NCBI RefSeq assembly: GCF_006345805.1
Contig: NC_043003.1
Location: 63,364,001 to 63,428,000, forward strand
Source: Octopus sinensis
Taxonomy: Eukaryota
Direction of reading: 5' to 3'
DNA length: 64,000 nucleotides
In this document: piece by piece, positions 51,535 through 64,000 of the stretch
Layout of the letters: every line of letters starts with the position of its first letter
Numbering within the stretch: the stretch's first letter is position 1
Position numbers and translations under genes: made by a program
The notes under the pieces: generated by a model
Told to the model about the DNA's origin: nothing
Seen by the model: only the letters and a program-made list of their open reading frames with translations
Databases searched by the model: none

Positions 51535-51844
51535 CAGGCCTGCCCAACTCAAAAGACATTGCGGGTCACTTTAAGCACAGAGTATCTTTTGAGGGCCGCT
51601 TGGATACTAACAGATTTGAAAGCATTTTGTTTTCTCATGCTATTATCACAATAATGAATGGTCGTTGATTCAACATGAAATATTATCGTTGCAAAAACAG
51701 TAGTATCTTTCTTTTTTAACTTTTCATTACAATCTTTAATTTTTGATAAAATTTTTTAAATGTTTGTTTAAATAAACCCATTTCAGGAAAGTATCTGGCG
51801 AGCCGCAAGATAAAAGTCTGCCGGCCTCAGGTTGGCCAGCCCTG
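51535..51844. mobile_element. hAT (Charlie-like) MITE
   Basis: TIRs caggcctgcccaac / gttggccagccctg, with imperfect TSD gtctaatc/ctctaacc. Confidence 0.65.
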
Positions 51845-52754
51845 CTCTAACCAATGAACACCACACAAGCACTAGACTGCGCACGCATGCACACACAGAC
51901 ACACACACAACACACACACACACACACACACACAGAGGCACCAAAGGATATAAATACACCACGGATACCAAGTTGTAACAAATTTCACCTGAAGATCGCA
52001 GGGGCGTGAAACTCGAGATGCGATATAAACTCGCAGTTTCAGTTTCAATTTAAAAAAGAAATCCATATCCGGTGCAATATGTACTAAGCGCTCCTCTTTT
52101 ATTCGATCGACATAAACAACGTGTGTGTGTTGGTGTGTGTGTGTGTATGTTGGTGTGTGTGTTGGTGGGGTGGGGGTGCGTGTGATGTATGGTGTGACCA
52201 GATTTATTCCAAGTCTGTTTTAATTGTAGCTCGTGTTTCTGTGTACGTCAATGTTGATATATACGAGTGTCAGAATGTAAATCGGTTGTATAGAATGCAT
52301 AATCTCTTATTATAAAAGGCAGATTTTATCTGCCTCCCTTTGTATCTTATAGAAATCTACAATATAGGATTTCTTCAATTACAATTTACCTAGCATTTTA
52401 AAGAGTAGAATGCATCGGGTCGTGACAGGTCCACTTTTTAAAATTTCAACCCCAATTAAGCAAAATTTAGAGAAAACTCACATTGTGGTGTATGAGTCAA
52501 ATGCTTCTCTTAGTGTGGGATACAGCACACGCAAACGCACACAAACAGTGTGCAAGGAATAAAGTGAAACTAATTCACTTTCTGTAGTGAGTGACTATTT
52601 CACTCTACATTCCCACTTCCGCTTTACACACATAGACACGCAAATATATAAATAAAATTGTAAGCTAACGTGTGTGTGTGCGTGTGTGTGAGTGTGTGTG
52701 TGTGTGTGTGAGGATGCGTGTGTGTGTGTGTGTGCGTGTGCGTGAGTGTGTGAC

Positions 52755-53410
52755 AGGAAAGTTTTTTACGACGAATATAAGACCTATATCCAAGTAGCAG
52801 AAAGATCGCCCAAAAGTGTATATAGATATTTAAATGTATTTATATATTCATCTATACACAGATGTATGTATAATGTGTGTGTATATATTTCCATAGCGGT
52901 AACCTTTCACTCCATACAAAGTTTTTTAGGACGAATATAGATCTAAAGTAGCAGAAAGATCGCCCCAAAGTGTATATAGATATTTAAATGTATTTATATA
53001 TCTATGCACACATGTATGTATAACGTGTGTGTAATATTTCATAGAGGTAACCATTCACTCCATACAAGTTTTTAGGACGAAAATAAGATCTAAAGTATCT
53101 CTAAGAAAAAGAAAGATCGCCCAAAAGTGTATATAGATATTTAATGTATTTATATATTCATCTATACACAGATGTATGTATAATGTGTGTGTATATATTT
53201 CCATAGAGGTAACCTTTCACTCCATACAAAGTTTTTTAGGACGAATATAAGATCTAAAGTTATCTCTAAGAAAAAGAAAGATCGCCCAAAAGTGTATATA
53301 GATATTTAAATGTATTTATATATTCATCTATACACACATGTATGTATAATGTGCGTGTATATATTTCCATAGACGTAACCATTCAATCCATACAAAGTTT
53401 TTTACGACGA
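52755..53410. repeat. Tandem array of ~150-166 bp units (~4 copies)
   Basis: aagttttttacgacg/aggacg unit starts at ~52758, 52917, 53066, 53227 and 53393. Confidence 0.9.
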
Positions 53411-53415
53411 AAATA

Positions 53416-54257
53416 TTTATATATAAAAGAAAGGTTGTGTGTCTGTCTACTCCGATTTAGATTCCTAACTACTCCCACATTTTGCAATGCAGTTTAACCA
53501 AAACCGGGTATCTTATAGTCGTGATTCATATCGAGCCCTTCTGGGTATTAGCACGCGTCTACGATGAGTCTATGATTTTACAAATAATTTACCATCATTT
53601 TTTCCATTTTAATGCATATTTTTTTAAATAAAGGGAAGTAACTCTCAAACTTCACACCAATATGCGTGCTCATATGCGACGTAATATCACATCAGCAGCA
53701 TTTCTCACACCCTCCTTGCACTTGGCGAAGGCAAAATACCAGGGGATGAAAATGGTAATATTGCCATCAATTCCATTTGTACCATTGTTAAGACGCCTTC
53801 TGATCTCAAGATGCAGTGTTCCCAGATCTACAAGCTAATTATCAGAATATGGATTGGATTGGCAAAAAGGCTATACTGGCCCCGAGGAATAAAACTGTTC
53901 ACCATATTAATGATGAAATGCTAAAACTCATTCCTGGGGAAGTCTATGTATATCAGTCTATCGATACAACTCCTGACCCAGAGGACGTCATCAACTATCC
54001 AATAGAGGTACTCACTTCCTTTGAGCACCCCGGACTACCACCACACTTTCTCAAGCTTAAAGTTGGTGCCCCTATAATGCTCATCAGAAATTTGGTTCCC
54101 CCAAAACAATGCAATGGCACACATTTTATCGTTAAGTCCTTATCTCCCACCGTAAACTTATATCAATATTTGCCTGAATAATCATCATAATTCAGTGCAA
54201 TCATTAACAGTACTTTCAAGCAATTCAGCCCCGAGCAACGCCGGGCAATTCTGCTAG
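53416..54257 (+). mobile_element. Non-autonomous Helitron with a PIF1-helicase remnant
   Basis: 5' a|tttatatataaaag (TC-like start), 3' hairpin cccgagcaacgccggg followed by CTAG|t, and an internal helicase fragment. Confidence 0.8.
53701..54180 (+). pseudogene. Helitron PIF1-like helicase fragment
   Basis: AILAPRN, INDEML, GLPPHFLKLKVGAPIMLIRNL...CNGT. Confidence 0.9.
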
Positions 54258-55551
54258 TTGCAAATAAATGGCTTGTTTTGACTATTAAAATAATAATAAA
54301 ACCAGATTAATTTCAGTTTGTAAACCGGTAGGGATGTGTAAGGATACGTGAGTACTGTGATAATTAAAGATAGGAAATGAAGGCGTTATGAAGGTATTTT
54401 GATATAAGAGAGGATTCCTGGGTGTTAATTATTTTCTTATTTTACTTCTAGTTTTTAGACCATCATACTAAGCGGTCAAAACACAGATGATATAATTTAG
54501 TTTAGCTCTAGGACCCTACTCAGAAACTGGGATGCATCCTGTTACTTCTATGCTTCGGGAATATCAACTTGGACTGTTTTGTTTTGTTGGTCAATTTTCT
54601 GAGTTGAATCCTGCGTACCGTGTCTTCTTCTTTGAGGATCCGGCTGGGATGTCGGTTCATGTAAGCTACCCACATGTCTCATGGTCATGGAAGATAAGGA
54701 AGTATCTTGCGGAGGTATGAACTTACTGGGACGCTGCTGGGAGGGTTACCTAGGACGACCCGAGCAGATACCGACAGATGGTGAATGCAACCAGGCGCTG
54801 CAACGGCACATTGCCCCGTACCCGACCTGATCTACGATTCGGTTTCCGTGGCGAAGATAGGACTGAGATCACAACATTGCACTTGGACAAGACAGCGATC
54901 CATTGTAGGGATCAAAACCTGATTAAGGGCTTGGTTTCCACAGCGAAGAAGAAACTGAGATTACAGTAATGAACCTGAACGAGACGCTGGTCCATTGTAG
55001 GGATCAAGAGCCACAACTTTTAGAAGGAAGGGACCAACTTGATTAATTCAGCTTCAGTACTTGACTGGTGCTTTATTTTAGGGGTCTAGAAAATAAAGCA
55101 TCACTCAACTAAATTTTGAATTCAGGACATAAAGAGCCGGAAGAAATAGCAATAAGCATTTTGTCCGACATGCTAACGGTTCTGCTAGTTCGCCGCTTAG
55201 ATTACAGATAAAATGGTATGATCTATTTGTAAGCAAAGAATTTTAGAGTGAGTGAACCTCACTGAAGTATATTTGCTCAAATTGACATAATTTGATAATG
55301 CGATGGGTGTTTGGTATGTAGCAAGTGTGTCGGCGGGTAGTGGAACTGAAAACCATATGTTGGTGTGTATGGAGGAGTGACTGCGGAAGAGGAAGGGTGA
55401 AAGGGGGTGTTGACTGTAGCAGGATAGGTATACATATTAATATTGAAGAGTGGGTGTATAGAGAGATAGAATACTAGACAAAAACGTTAGCTTGTGGAGG
55501 AGCTGGGGAAGATAGATATAAGGATGGCACAAACGCATACATACACCCAAA

Positions 55552-55600
<49 letters not shown>

Positions 55601-55829
55601 GTAAGCGCGTGCATACACAGATCTACGTATGGTTATGGATCCAAGCATCTATACGCAGGTACATTTATTAACTGAACATACAGACGTACGGTACTGATAA
55701 AATCATGCATATCAACAACAGATATATGTAGAGATGCATACACGATACACACACCCATATATTAATATAAATAATATATAAATATATGTATATATACACA
55801 CATATATGTACAACATTATATATGATATA

Positions 55830-55876
<47 letters not shown>

Positions 55877-56018
55877 ATATATATATATATATATATATTA
55901 TATTATATATATAATATATATGATCAAAATAAAAACATGATGCCAAGGATACATACATATATATATATGTATGTATGTATGTATATATATGTATGTATGT
56001 ATATACACATGCATATAT

Positions 56019-56357
56019 GGGTACAGGGCATAAAAAAAAACGTGGACAGAATGAGAAACGAAAACATAAATAACAAAAACATAGAAAACGAACTTTTTTC
56101 GAACAACGAAAAAACAAACAAACAGAGAAATGAGACATGCAACATTCCCTTCATCAGTTGTCCCCTGTTTTATCTACTCTGCGTTTCGAAAGATAAAGCA
56201 GGGGACAACTAATTGAAGGGAATGTCCTTTATGTTGCATGTTTCGCTTCTCTGTTTGTTTTATAGTTGTTCAAAAAAAGTTTGTTTTCTATGTTTTTGTT
56301 TTTTTTTATGTTCTCGTTTCTCATTCTGTCCACGTTTTTTTTTTATATCCTGTACCC
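56019..56357. mobile_element. ~340-bp palindromic element in (TA)n with an HHR remnant at the centre
   Basis: Arms gggtacagg...cccctgttttatct / agataaagcagggg...cctgtaccc. The minus-strand centre reads UUAUC-UUUC-GAAAC-GCAGA-GUA-GAUAA (catalytic CUGANGA missing). Confidence 0.75.
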
Positions 56358-57226
56358 TATAATATATTTAATCTAAGGTGTACCTGTTGAAAATGATTTT
56401 ACCTCGCGTGTAAAAGTTTTTTTACTTGCTAAACTAAAATCAGAAACCAATTGGTCCAAGAAATTAGTTCGTAAAATGTTTTTGTTTTTTCATTTCGTTC
56501 CTGTCGAATTTTATCCCCAATTTTGTGGTTATAGAACCTAGCTGTTCTTTCTAGCATGTTGATTCACATGAGTGGATTCCTTATGTGTTTAAATGCACAC
56601 TGTATTTTATGACTAATATATAGTCCTTGGACTAAATTTTTACTTGCTAGGCCACTGGAAATGAAAATTTCTATTAATTTCCATTTCCTTTTGATATGAT
56701 TAAATATTGTATACACACAGACACAGACACACACACCACACACCACACACACACACACACACACCACACACACACACACACCACACACACACACATATAT
56801 ATATAATATATATATATATTATATATATATATATATATGGTACAAAAACTCTTTAAACATATGTTACTCCCTCCATTCCATAATTTCTTTAGAATTCTCA
56901 AAAAGAAATGTCTTTCTATATTTCATTATTCTTATCTGTTATGTTTATATATCTATTATATTATACTATATACTCTATTATTTAAATATCTATATATTTA
57001 TTGTGTCCTTGCTTATTTTTAACCCTTATATATATTTTTATATTTCTATTTCTATATTCTGAATGTATTAATATATGTTTTAGACAATTCTATCATATTA
57101 AATCCATATATGTATACACCAATCGCAGTCTGCCTGAGTTGAACTTCTCTGTATCTCTGTACTTTTCTAGCGTCTCGGGTTTGACTCGAGCACTTCCATG
57201 CTTTCTATCCTTTTCTACTGAAAATT

Positions 57227-57285
<59 letters not shown>

Positions 57286-58754
57286 ATATTTACACACACA
57301 CACACACACACATATATATATTATATATAAATATTTACATATATGTACATATATAAATACATACATACATTACATACATACATATATACACTTGCATATA
57401 TGGGTAGAGGACGTCACCAACAGAAAACATGAAATACGAAAACAAATTAATTCAATACGCAAATAACGAGAGAGACAAATGGAAAACAGGACAAATAACA
57501 TAAAGAGCGATCCTTCATCAGTTTCGAGCATTGAACGACAATAGTTACTCCCATAAGTACCAAAATAAAATTTGGGATTTATGGAGGGTTAAAGTTGGAA
57601 ACAAAAGCAGGACAGTGAATACATACAAGGAAACCGAACGAAAACAAACATGGAGGGTCGTTAGACTAGAACGAGAGGAAAATAGTGAACACTGGGAGAA
57701 ATATTTTCTTTGGAAAGAGAAAAGATAGAAGTGAGAGATAATATACGTGCTGTCCTTAGGACATTCCTGATAGAAAAGCAAGATGATGACGTGAGGAAGA
57801 GAAAGATGGACGATGGTCACGCGAGCAATGAGAGAGAAACGGAGACAGAGGGAGAGAGAGAGACAGACATATAGAAAACAGTGAAGGGGAAAAAGTTAAT
57901 TAAAGAAAGGATGAGAGAGAAAACAGTATAGATTAGAGTCGCATCAAAAAGATTAAGATGAACTTACTTCGAAATGGACGCGTGGCGTTCAATCAAATAA
58001 TAATATAAATAATATATATGCATATATATATAACTATATGTATGTGTGTGTACACACACACACACGCACACACACACACATATGTGTGTATATATATGTA
58101 ATCTCAATAAGAGATGCAAGGTAGTAACTCTACTGAAAAGTAATGCTTGTTGCCACTTCAGCATGGCTGTCCCGTACGGAACGACGTTTCTACTCTTTTT
58201 TTAACCCCAGGAAAACACCTTCTCCAGCTGGTTAATGACACGACTCGTCTCCGATATATTGCGAACAGCGGAGAAAACCCCTACTATATCGCGATAGGTT
58301 TCTATCGAAGCCGCAAATGCACAATATAAGTTAGTCCTACGGAGCACAATGTTCCTAAAAGTCAACAATGGTCTTCCTCGGTCAAGAGTATACGACCATC
58401 ATGCATGTGTGTTTATGTATGCATGTATGCAAGTTGCGTATATCACGGCATACCTTAATACTGTATAGACTGAGATCCAAAGTGGACAAGCCTCTGATAT
58501 TAAACAAAATGTCAAATTCTTATCGTATTCAAATTAGCGGCTCCAGTTCTCTAGCAATTGGATTCGTTGCGTATATAAAGAGATTGGCCTCTTCCTTTGC
58601 TAGCATTGGTCTGATTGATGTAGACATCCCTGATTTGGACCCAGTAAGGTTCGAAAATTGATTAAGGCTGTTCGTTATTTTATCAATTTAGGGAGAGACA
58701 GCTAAAGTTGTCCCGTTTTTATATATCTAACATGCGCGCGTGTAGACGGTAACA

Positions 58755-58982
58755 TTTCTCATTTCTATATTACCCACAAGGGGGCTAAACATAGAGGTGA
58801 CAAACAAGGACAGACAAAGGGATCAAGTCGATTACATCGACCCTAGTGCGAAACTGGTACTTAATTTATCGATCCCGAAAGGATGAAAGGCAAAGTCGAC
58901 CGCGGTGGAATTTGAACTCAGAACGTAGCGGCAGACGAAATACCGCGAAGCATTTCGCGTGCTAACGTTTCTGCAGCTCGTC
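58755..58982 (-). mobile_element. SINE family A
   Basis: Near-consensus sequence. Confidence 0.9.
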
Positions 58983-59010
58983 ACTTTAAAATGTTTCTTG
59001 CCACCATAGA

Positions 59011-59202
59011 AACAGTAACATTTCTTGCCATTATAACATGGCTGTTGTATATTACATTTTAACAGCAGGAAAACACCTTTTCCAGCTCTGTAACGACACA
59101 CAACCTGTCGTAAATCAGCTGGAAAAGGCCTTTTTCCTGAGGTGAAAGTGTAGTTGCACTGTTCAGTATAGAACAGCCATATTATAGTGGCAAGAAATGT
59201 TA
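59011..59202. mobile_element. Palindromic MITE-like element
   Basis: TIR gtaacatttcttgccattataacatggctgtt / aacagccatattatagtggcaagaaatgttac, with an internal hairpin. Confidence 0.6.
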
Positions 59203-59263
59203 CCATCTAGTATTGTTACTACTCATATCTCGTTTAGAGATTGTAGAACTAGCTACTATGCAT

Positions 59264-59323
<60 letters not shown>

Positions 59324-59374
59324 GTAATATTTGTAAACAAACCAAAAGGCTTTGTAAGTAACGGAGATAAAGCG

Positions 59375-59660
59375 ATTATGGAAGACTCTTAGCACAATTA
59401 TATCTATACAATAATATATATACGCCGATTTAAAGCGACACTTATATATAAACAATTGACTGAAAAATGATGAGCTAACCCAGCCCAGAATCGAACCTAC
59501 AAATCAATGCTAACATAGTTCCTTGCGCATCCGATTGGACCAAACGCTCACTTATCAATTTCAGTCAATTGCCTATATATAAATGTCGCTTTAAATCGGA
59601 GTATATATATTATCATTATGATATTTTATTATATAGTTATTATTGTATTATATATATATA
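59375..59660 (-). mobile_element. ~280-bp element: tRNA-like core inside ~50-bp inverted repeats (copy 1)
   Basis: Minus-strand core gagcgtttggtccaatcggat...gtaggttcgattc (A/B boxes), bracketed by ccgatttaaagcgac...caattgactgaaa inverted repeats. Confidence 0.65.
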
Positions 59661-59661
59661 G

Positions 59662-59712
<51 letters not shown>

Positions 59713-59844
59713 TATGTATGTGTGTATGTATGTATATGTATATATGTTTGTCTGTGTGTGATCGTGTGTGTATGTGTGTGAATGAGAGAGAGAGAGAGAG
59801 AGAGAGTATGTTTGTATGTATATACACTACAAATATCTGCACAT

Positions 59845-60345
59845 CGCCAGTTACTGCAGCATCAGCTGAGAAATCTTTCAGCAAATTAAAGCTCATCAAA
59901 AGCTTCTTGAGAAGAACGAGATACACATGAGATACTGAATGATGTAGCAATTCTAGAATTAAAAAACGAACTTGCAGAAAGATTGATTTCGATGAAATAG
60001 CAATAAAAATTTGCTTTAAAAATGGCGTGTTTGACTCAGATATTACAATTCTCAGCGCTGCATTACTGAGACCATTAATAGTAATTCCTGATAATGAATT
60101 TAAATTTTCAATAAATTATCCATTTAAATGAACAAATATTTACGATTTTTATCTCTTCTCTGCATATTGTTGATTGTTGAAGACCTTTGCCTTCGAAAGA
60201 GCCACAAAGGAAATCGACCTTTTAGACTGTAATTTAGTGGTATTAAAACTTGAAAATTGCGAAAATTGCTAAATATCCTGAGTTTGTTGAGGTGATGGTG
60301 GTGGGAGCTTTGTCCTTGACCCCTCTGCTTCTGAATCCAGCCCTA
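59845..60345 (+). pseudogene. hAT transposase C-terminal dimerisation-domain remnant and right end
   Basis: PVTAASAEKSFSKLKLIKSFLR...LNDVAIL...IDFDEIA, ending gaatccagccctag. Confidence 0.8.
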
Positions 60346-61154
60346 GGGCCTGCAATTACTTCCTGTAATATTGACAGAAGTATTAGCTGAAGAGATTAAT
60401 GTTGGACAGCGCTTTCTTTAACAATTTGCACTTGAAGTTCATTACCTTGCAAAATAAATAACGAACGGTTAATTGCAAAAACGCCAACTTTCCACCTGAT
60501 AGCATTGGATATGGCTTGAGAAAACCAAATATGTCACTGGTCACTTGTTTGATTCTGGTGCTTTGGATAAGGAAATTTGGTAAGTTCAATTGCCACGTGG
60601 AGTGAAGATTCTTGCCCAACACAACCCAAATGACAACACCATCTCCTCTTTCTGATATTCTTTCTCAGTTCCTAAAGAACATCAATAGTCAAGACGCTTG
60701 GCTCTTCATTCCTCAAAACTAATAAACTTTTCAAAACCTTCTAAGAAATCTAATAACTAATTTTTAAAAACATAAACCGTTCACAAACGTCCTAGACACA
60801 GGGGTTTTTGCCATATATAAATATTTAGTTTGTCTTCATCAGCTTGGTGAACAGATATACATAGATTAAAATGCACATTCTAAACTGTATAATATATTGC
60901 CTGCAGTAGATTGGAATTCAATACCTATGATGGTTGTCGAATATCAAAATCACTTGACCATTTCACCTTTACACATATTTATATTTATTAGTTGTGATAT
61001 TAATATGTATGATTTCTATAGTTGTGATTGTATAAGATGTTTAATATAATATTTATCAACGGTATTTACCATATGCATGACTGTCATGTATTGATGTATT
61101 ATAATTTACGCATATCTGGCTTATATTTGCTTTTACTAGTTATATTTTTATGGA

Positions 61155-61336
61155 AGGCGGCGAACTGGCAGAATCGTTAGCATGCTGGGTAAAATGCTTA
61201 GCGGCATTTCGTCCATCTTTACGTTCTGAGTTCAAATTCCGATGAGGTCGAATTTGCCTTTCATCTTTTCGAGATCGATAAAATAAATACCAGATGAATA
61301 CTGGGGACGATGTAATCGATTCAACCCTCCCCTGAA
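61155..61336 (+). mobile_element. SINE family A
   Basis: ggcggcgaactggcagaatcgttagc head. Confidence 0.85.
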
Positions 61337-61337
61337 A

Positions 61338-61359
<22 letters not shown>

Positions 61360-61370
<11 letters not shown>

Positions 61371-61644
61371 ATACAAGAATAACTATATAATAAAATATCA
61401 TAATGATAATATATATACTCCGATTTAAAGCGACATTTATATATAAGCAATTGACTGAAATTGATGGGTGAGCGTTTAGCCCAATGGGATGCGCAAGGAG
61501 CTATGTTAGCATTGATTTGTGGGTTCAATTCTGGCCTGGGTTAGCTCATCATTTTTCAGTCAATTGTTTATATATAAGTGTCGCTTTAAATCGGCGTATA
61601 TATATTATTGTATAGTTATTATTGTGCTAAAAGTTTTCCATAAT
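61360..61644 (+). mobile_element. Copy 2 (inverted) of the tRNA-core/inverted-repeat element
   Basis: Reverse complement of 59375-59660 with scattered substitutions. Confidence 0.65.
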
Positions 61645-62559
61645 TTGAAACCAGTAATTCTATCTTTATGATTGTACTACTTGTTGTTGGCTCTGTTGTT
61701 TAATCTAAATCAGTTCTGATCTAACCGCCCTATAATCAATAGACATTCTAATCACGATTGTTCTGTTTTTATTTAATTTTTTTATATACATTTAATTAGG
61801 ACTCCATTTTCTTTTTTAAAGTCGATGTATTTTTAGCTGTGGTGGCTTGTGTATAGGAACTGCAGAATTGCATCACCCCCTATTTCCACTCGATTATTGA
61901 TATAATGAGTCCTATTTTTCTTTAATTCTTTCTTTATTTTTGTACATTATAAAATCCTTAAGCTTAATGTCAGTAGCCATCCCCGAGTCTATGAAAAAAA
62001 TACAAAAATCCTTGTATAGAACTGTGCGCTTCACAGTTCCAGCAACATAGTGTTTGGCTATTGTGCGCATGCTCACATGTCCGAGATAGGAAGCTTCATA
62101 TAAGGGAGAGAGAGAGAGAGAGCACTGCGTGAACGACAGTGCCAGGTGAAAGGTAGTGTTTCTTTTTGACTCTGCGTGTGTTGTGCTTAAAAACATGTTT
62201 ATATTATTGAATGTGATAAACTGTAGAATTAGATTATTATCCTGCTTCCAGCTTCAGTGTTGCTGCCAAGATTTGAAAAATAGGACACATCCTTCCCGCC
62301 CGCATATTTTGTGATTTAGGGGGAACTTTTGAAAAACGAGGAGTAATTCGCGGCGGTGTTCACTGAACAAATTAAACTCACTGCCCGGCAGTGGCTAAAA
62401 CGTTAACCGAACAAGTTTATGTATAAATTTTCTTTTTTATATGTTTGTTTCCTTTTACACAATATTAAAACAGCAGCTAAAACTTTTCTGGAACAGCACT
62501 CCCACTAATTTTATCTACGAGCCGCCACTGGTTTTTAGGCAAATTTAGCGGGTTCAGTG

Positions 62560-63050
62560 ACATATAGAGGTGTTTATTTCCTCGACTCGAGTGTATTGCC
62601 TTAAGCGATGAGATAATTACTGCAGCTGTTTCCAATGCCAATTCACGAAATGAATCTTTACATATTCGCTCCAGTCTTTCATAATACATGGAAGACTAAA
62701 TAGATGCATGAAGATTCGAAGGTCGGCGTGGTGACTAAGATAGCAGAAAAGGGTGGCCTCAGAGAGTGTGTTAACTGGAGGGGTAAAACCCGGAGTAGCA
62801 TGCTGTTGGAAATTTTCAGTTTAGTTATGTGGAATAGGACACAGATTCCATCGGACAGCATGCTAAAGAATGAACAAGTAGACTTCTGTTGAAAGATAAC
62901 AGAGTTTTTATAGTAACCAGATGTTTTTGTTCAAGCACATGTTATACAACAAACCGTCGAATTCAAACAACCATTGATAATGGCTTTTGTTTACCTTGAA
63001 AATATCTTTGATGGTGTATATTGGTTTACAACCTAGATGGTAGTACATCG
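62560..63050 (+). pseudogene. Decayed RTE-type RT fragment
   Basis: FHNTWKT..MHEDSKVGVVTKIAEKGGLRECVNWRG...LKNEQVDF...MAFVYLENIFDGVYW. Confidence 0.7.
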
Positions 63051-63119
63051 CTTTGATTTGACTGAAAATATATATAAACCTCGTGGGTGTAACGCATCAA
63101 GTAAATGTCACGTTAGAGT

Positions 63120-63520
63120 AAAGAGTTGTAGTGACGCCAGGTTTAGACGCCATTTTGGGATGTTCATCTGCGCATGTACAAGGATTAGTGTCTTCCGGTA
63201 GGCCTGCCGGAAGTCCCTTATGCGCACGCGCAGTAATCAGCAGCAGCTAGCTTTTACTGCTATTCTGTCTTTTGCTTCTTGCTACCGAGAGAGACAGACG
63301 TAAACCAGACAAGCTCCATGTGAAGGCGAATAGACTTGGCGAGCTGTAAAGAATGCCTTCAACAGTTGTGATTTAAACCGACTCTGCTGTTTCCTACCCC
63401 AGGCGTCCACGTTACCGATGTCCAGAGATGAAATGCTTGTTTCGGCGAAAAATAAATTATTATTGTTATTTGTTCGGAGATTCGTGTCCCTGCTATTTTT
63501 CCTTTCTACGACTATGTAAG
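63120..63520. promoter_or_regulatory. CpG-rich housekeeping-type promoter with a possible + strand first exon ending at a donor site (63515|GTAAG)
   Basis: YY1-like cgccattttg (~63148), ETS cttccgg and ccggaagt (~63193, ~63207), and NRF1-like tgcgcatg and tgcgcacgcgca (~63169, ~63221) in otherwise CpG-poor DNA. Confidence 0.55.
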
Positions 63521-63892
63521 GAGATGTGACACTCCAACAAGTGCAAATAACACATAAAATCCTACACAGTTATTCTGTCCTTCCGTTTTTCTTCCTGGTT
63601 AGTCATAATCATTTTTTCTTTCTATATTGTTCTCAATCAAATAGGCTTAGGTTTTCTTCTTCTGGTACATAGGGTCATCTCTTTTACTACTCGTCCTTTT
63701 AGCCATTTTTCCGAAGCACGTACCCACGCCATTACCATCTACTCTTCATTATTTTTCATCAATACTTGGCGCATTTGTAATGTCTAGAACCACTTCGTTT
63801 CTTGCAAACATGTACCATTTGATGCCAAAGATTCTACGTAACACTCATTTTTAAATCCCCAAAACGATTAGCTGTATTATCTTCCAATATTC

Positions 63893-64000
63893 TTTTCTAC
63901 TCTAGACACAAGATCCGAAATTTTTGGGGAGGGGGCCAGTTGATTAGATTGACCTCAGTACGCAACTGGTACTTAATTTATCGACCTCGAAATAATGAAA
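63893..64000 (-). mobile_element. SINE family A (truncated by window end)
   Basis: ctactctagacacaag...gggccagttgattagattgacc...ttaatttatcgacc. Confidence 0.8.

Noticed and set aside
54337-54970. GC-richer block starting TGTAAGG, possible solo LTR
   Set aside because: No partner LTR, clear PBS/PPT or TSD could be established.

Overview
This is AT-rich, repeat-dominated eukaryotic intronic or intergenic DNA. The SINE families, huge (TA)n/(CA)n tracts and RTE tails suggest an octopus/cephalopod genome (inference). No complete host gene is supported. Host-gene candidates are a possible terminal exon (5471-5640, +) and a housekeeping-type CpG promoter with a possible first exon (~63120-63520). 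Most ORFs in the supplied track are microsatellite artefacts. Recognisable transposon content: an RTE LINE (APE endonuclease, 1-1546), a decayed Gypsy LTR element (~25.8-30.6 kb), Penelope-like (PLE) RT and GIY-YIG remnants, Tc1/mariner, hAT, Merlin-like and Tc2-like MITEs, a Helitron with a PIF1 remnant, R4/Dong tails and many SINEs. The main discovery is a dense population of type I hammerhead ribozyme (HHR) motifs from at least six unrelated short element families lodged in (TA)n tracts. Several are built as long palindromes. One has a canonical HHR in the loop of a ~137-bp-arm hairpin (21085-21428), and two carry an HHR motif on each strand (20422-20583, 20690-21019). They cluster at 20.4-22.1 kb next to a PLE GIY-YIG remnant, which suggests a PLE-mobilised, retrozyme-like self-cleaving RNA system. 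All calls were made by eye. Coordinates are approximate to within a few nt (tens of nt for decayed elements), and no searches or folding programs were run.
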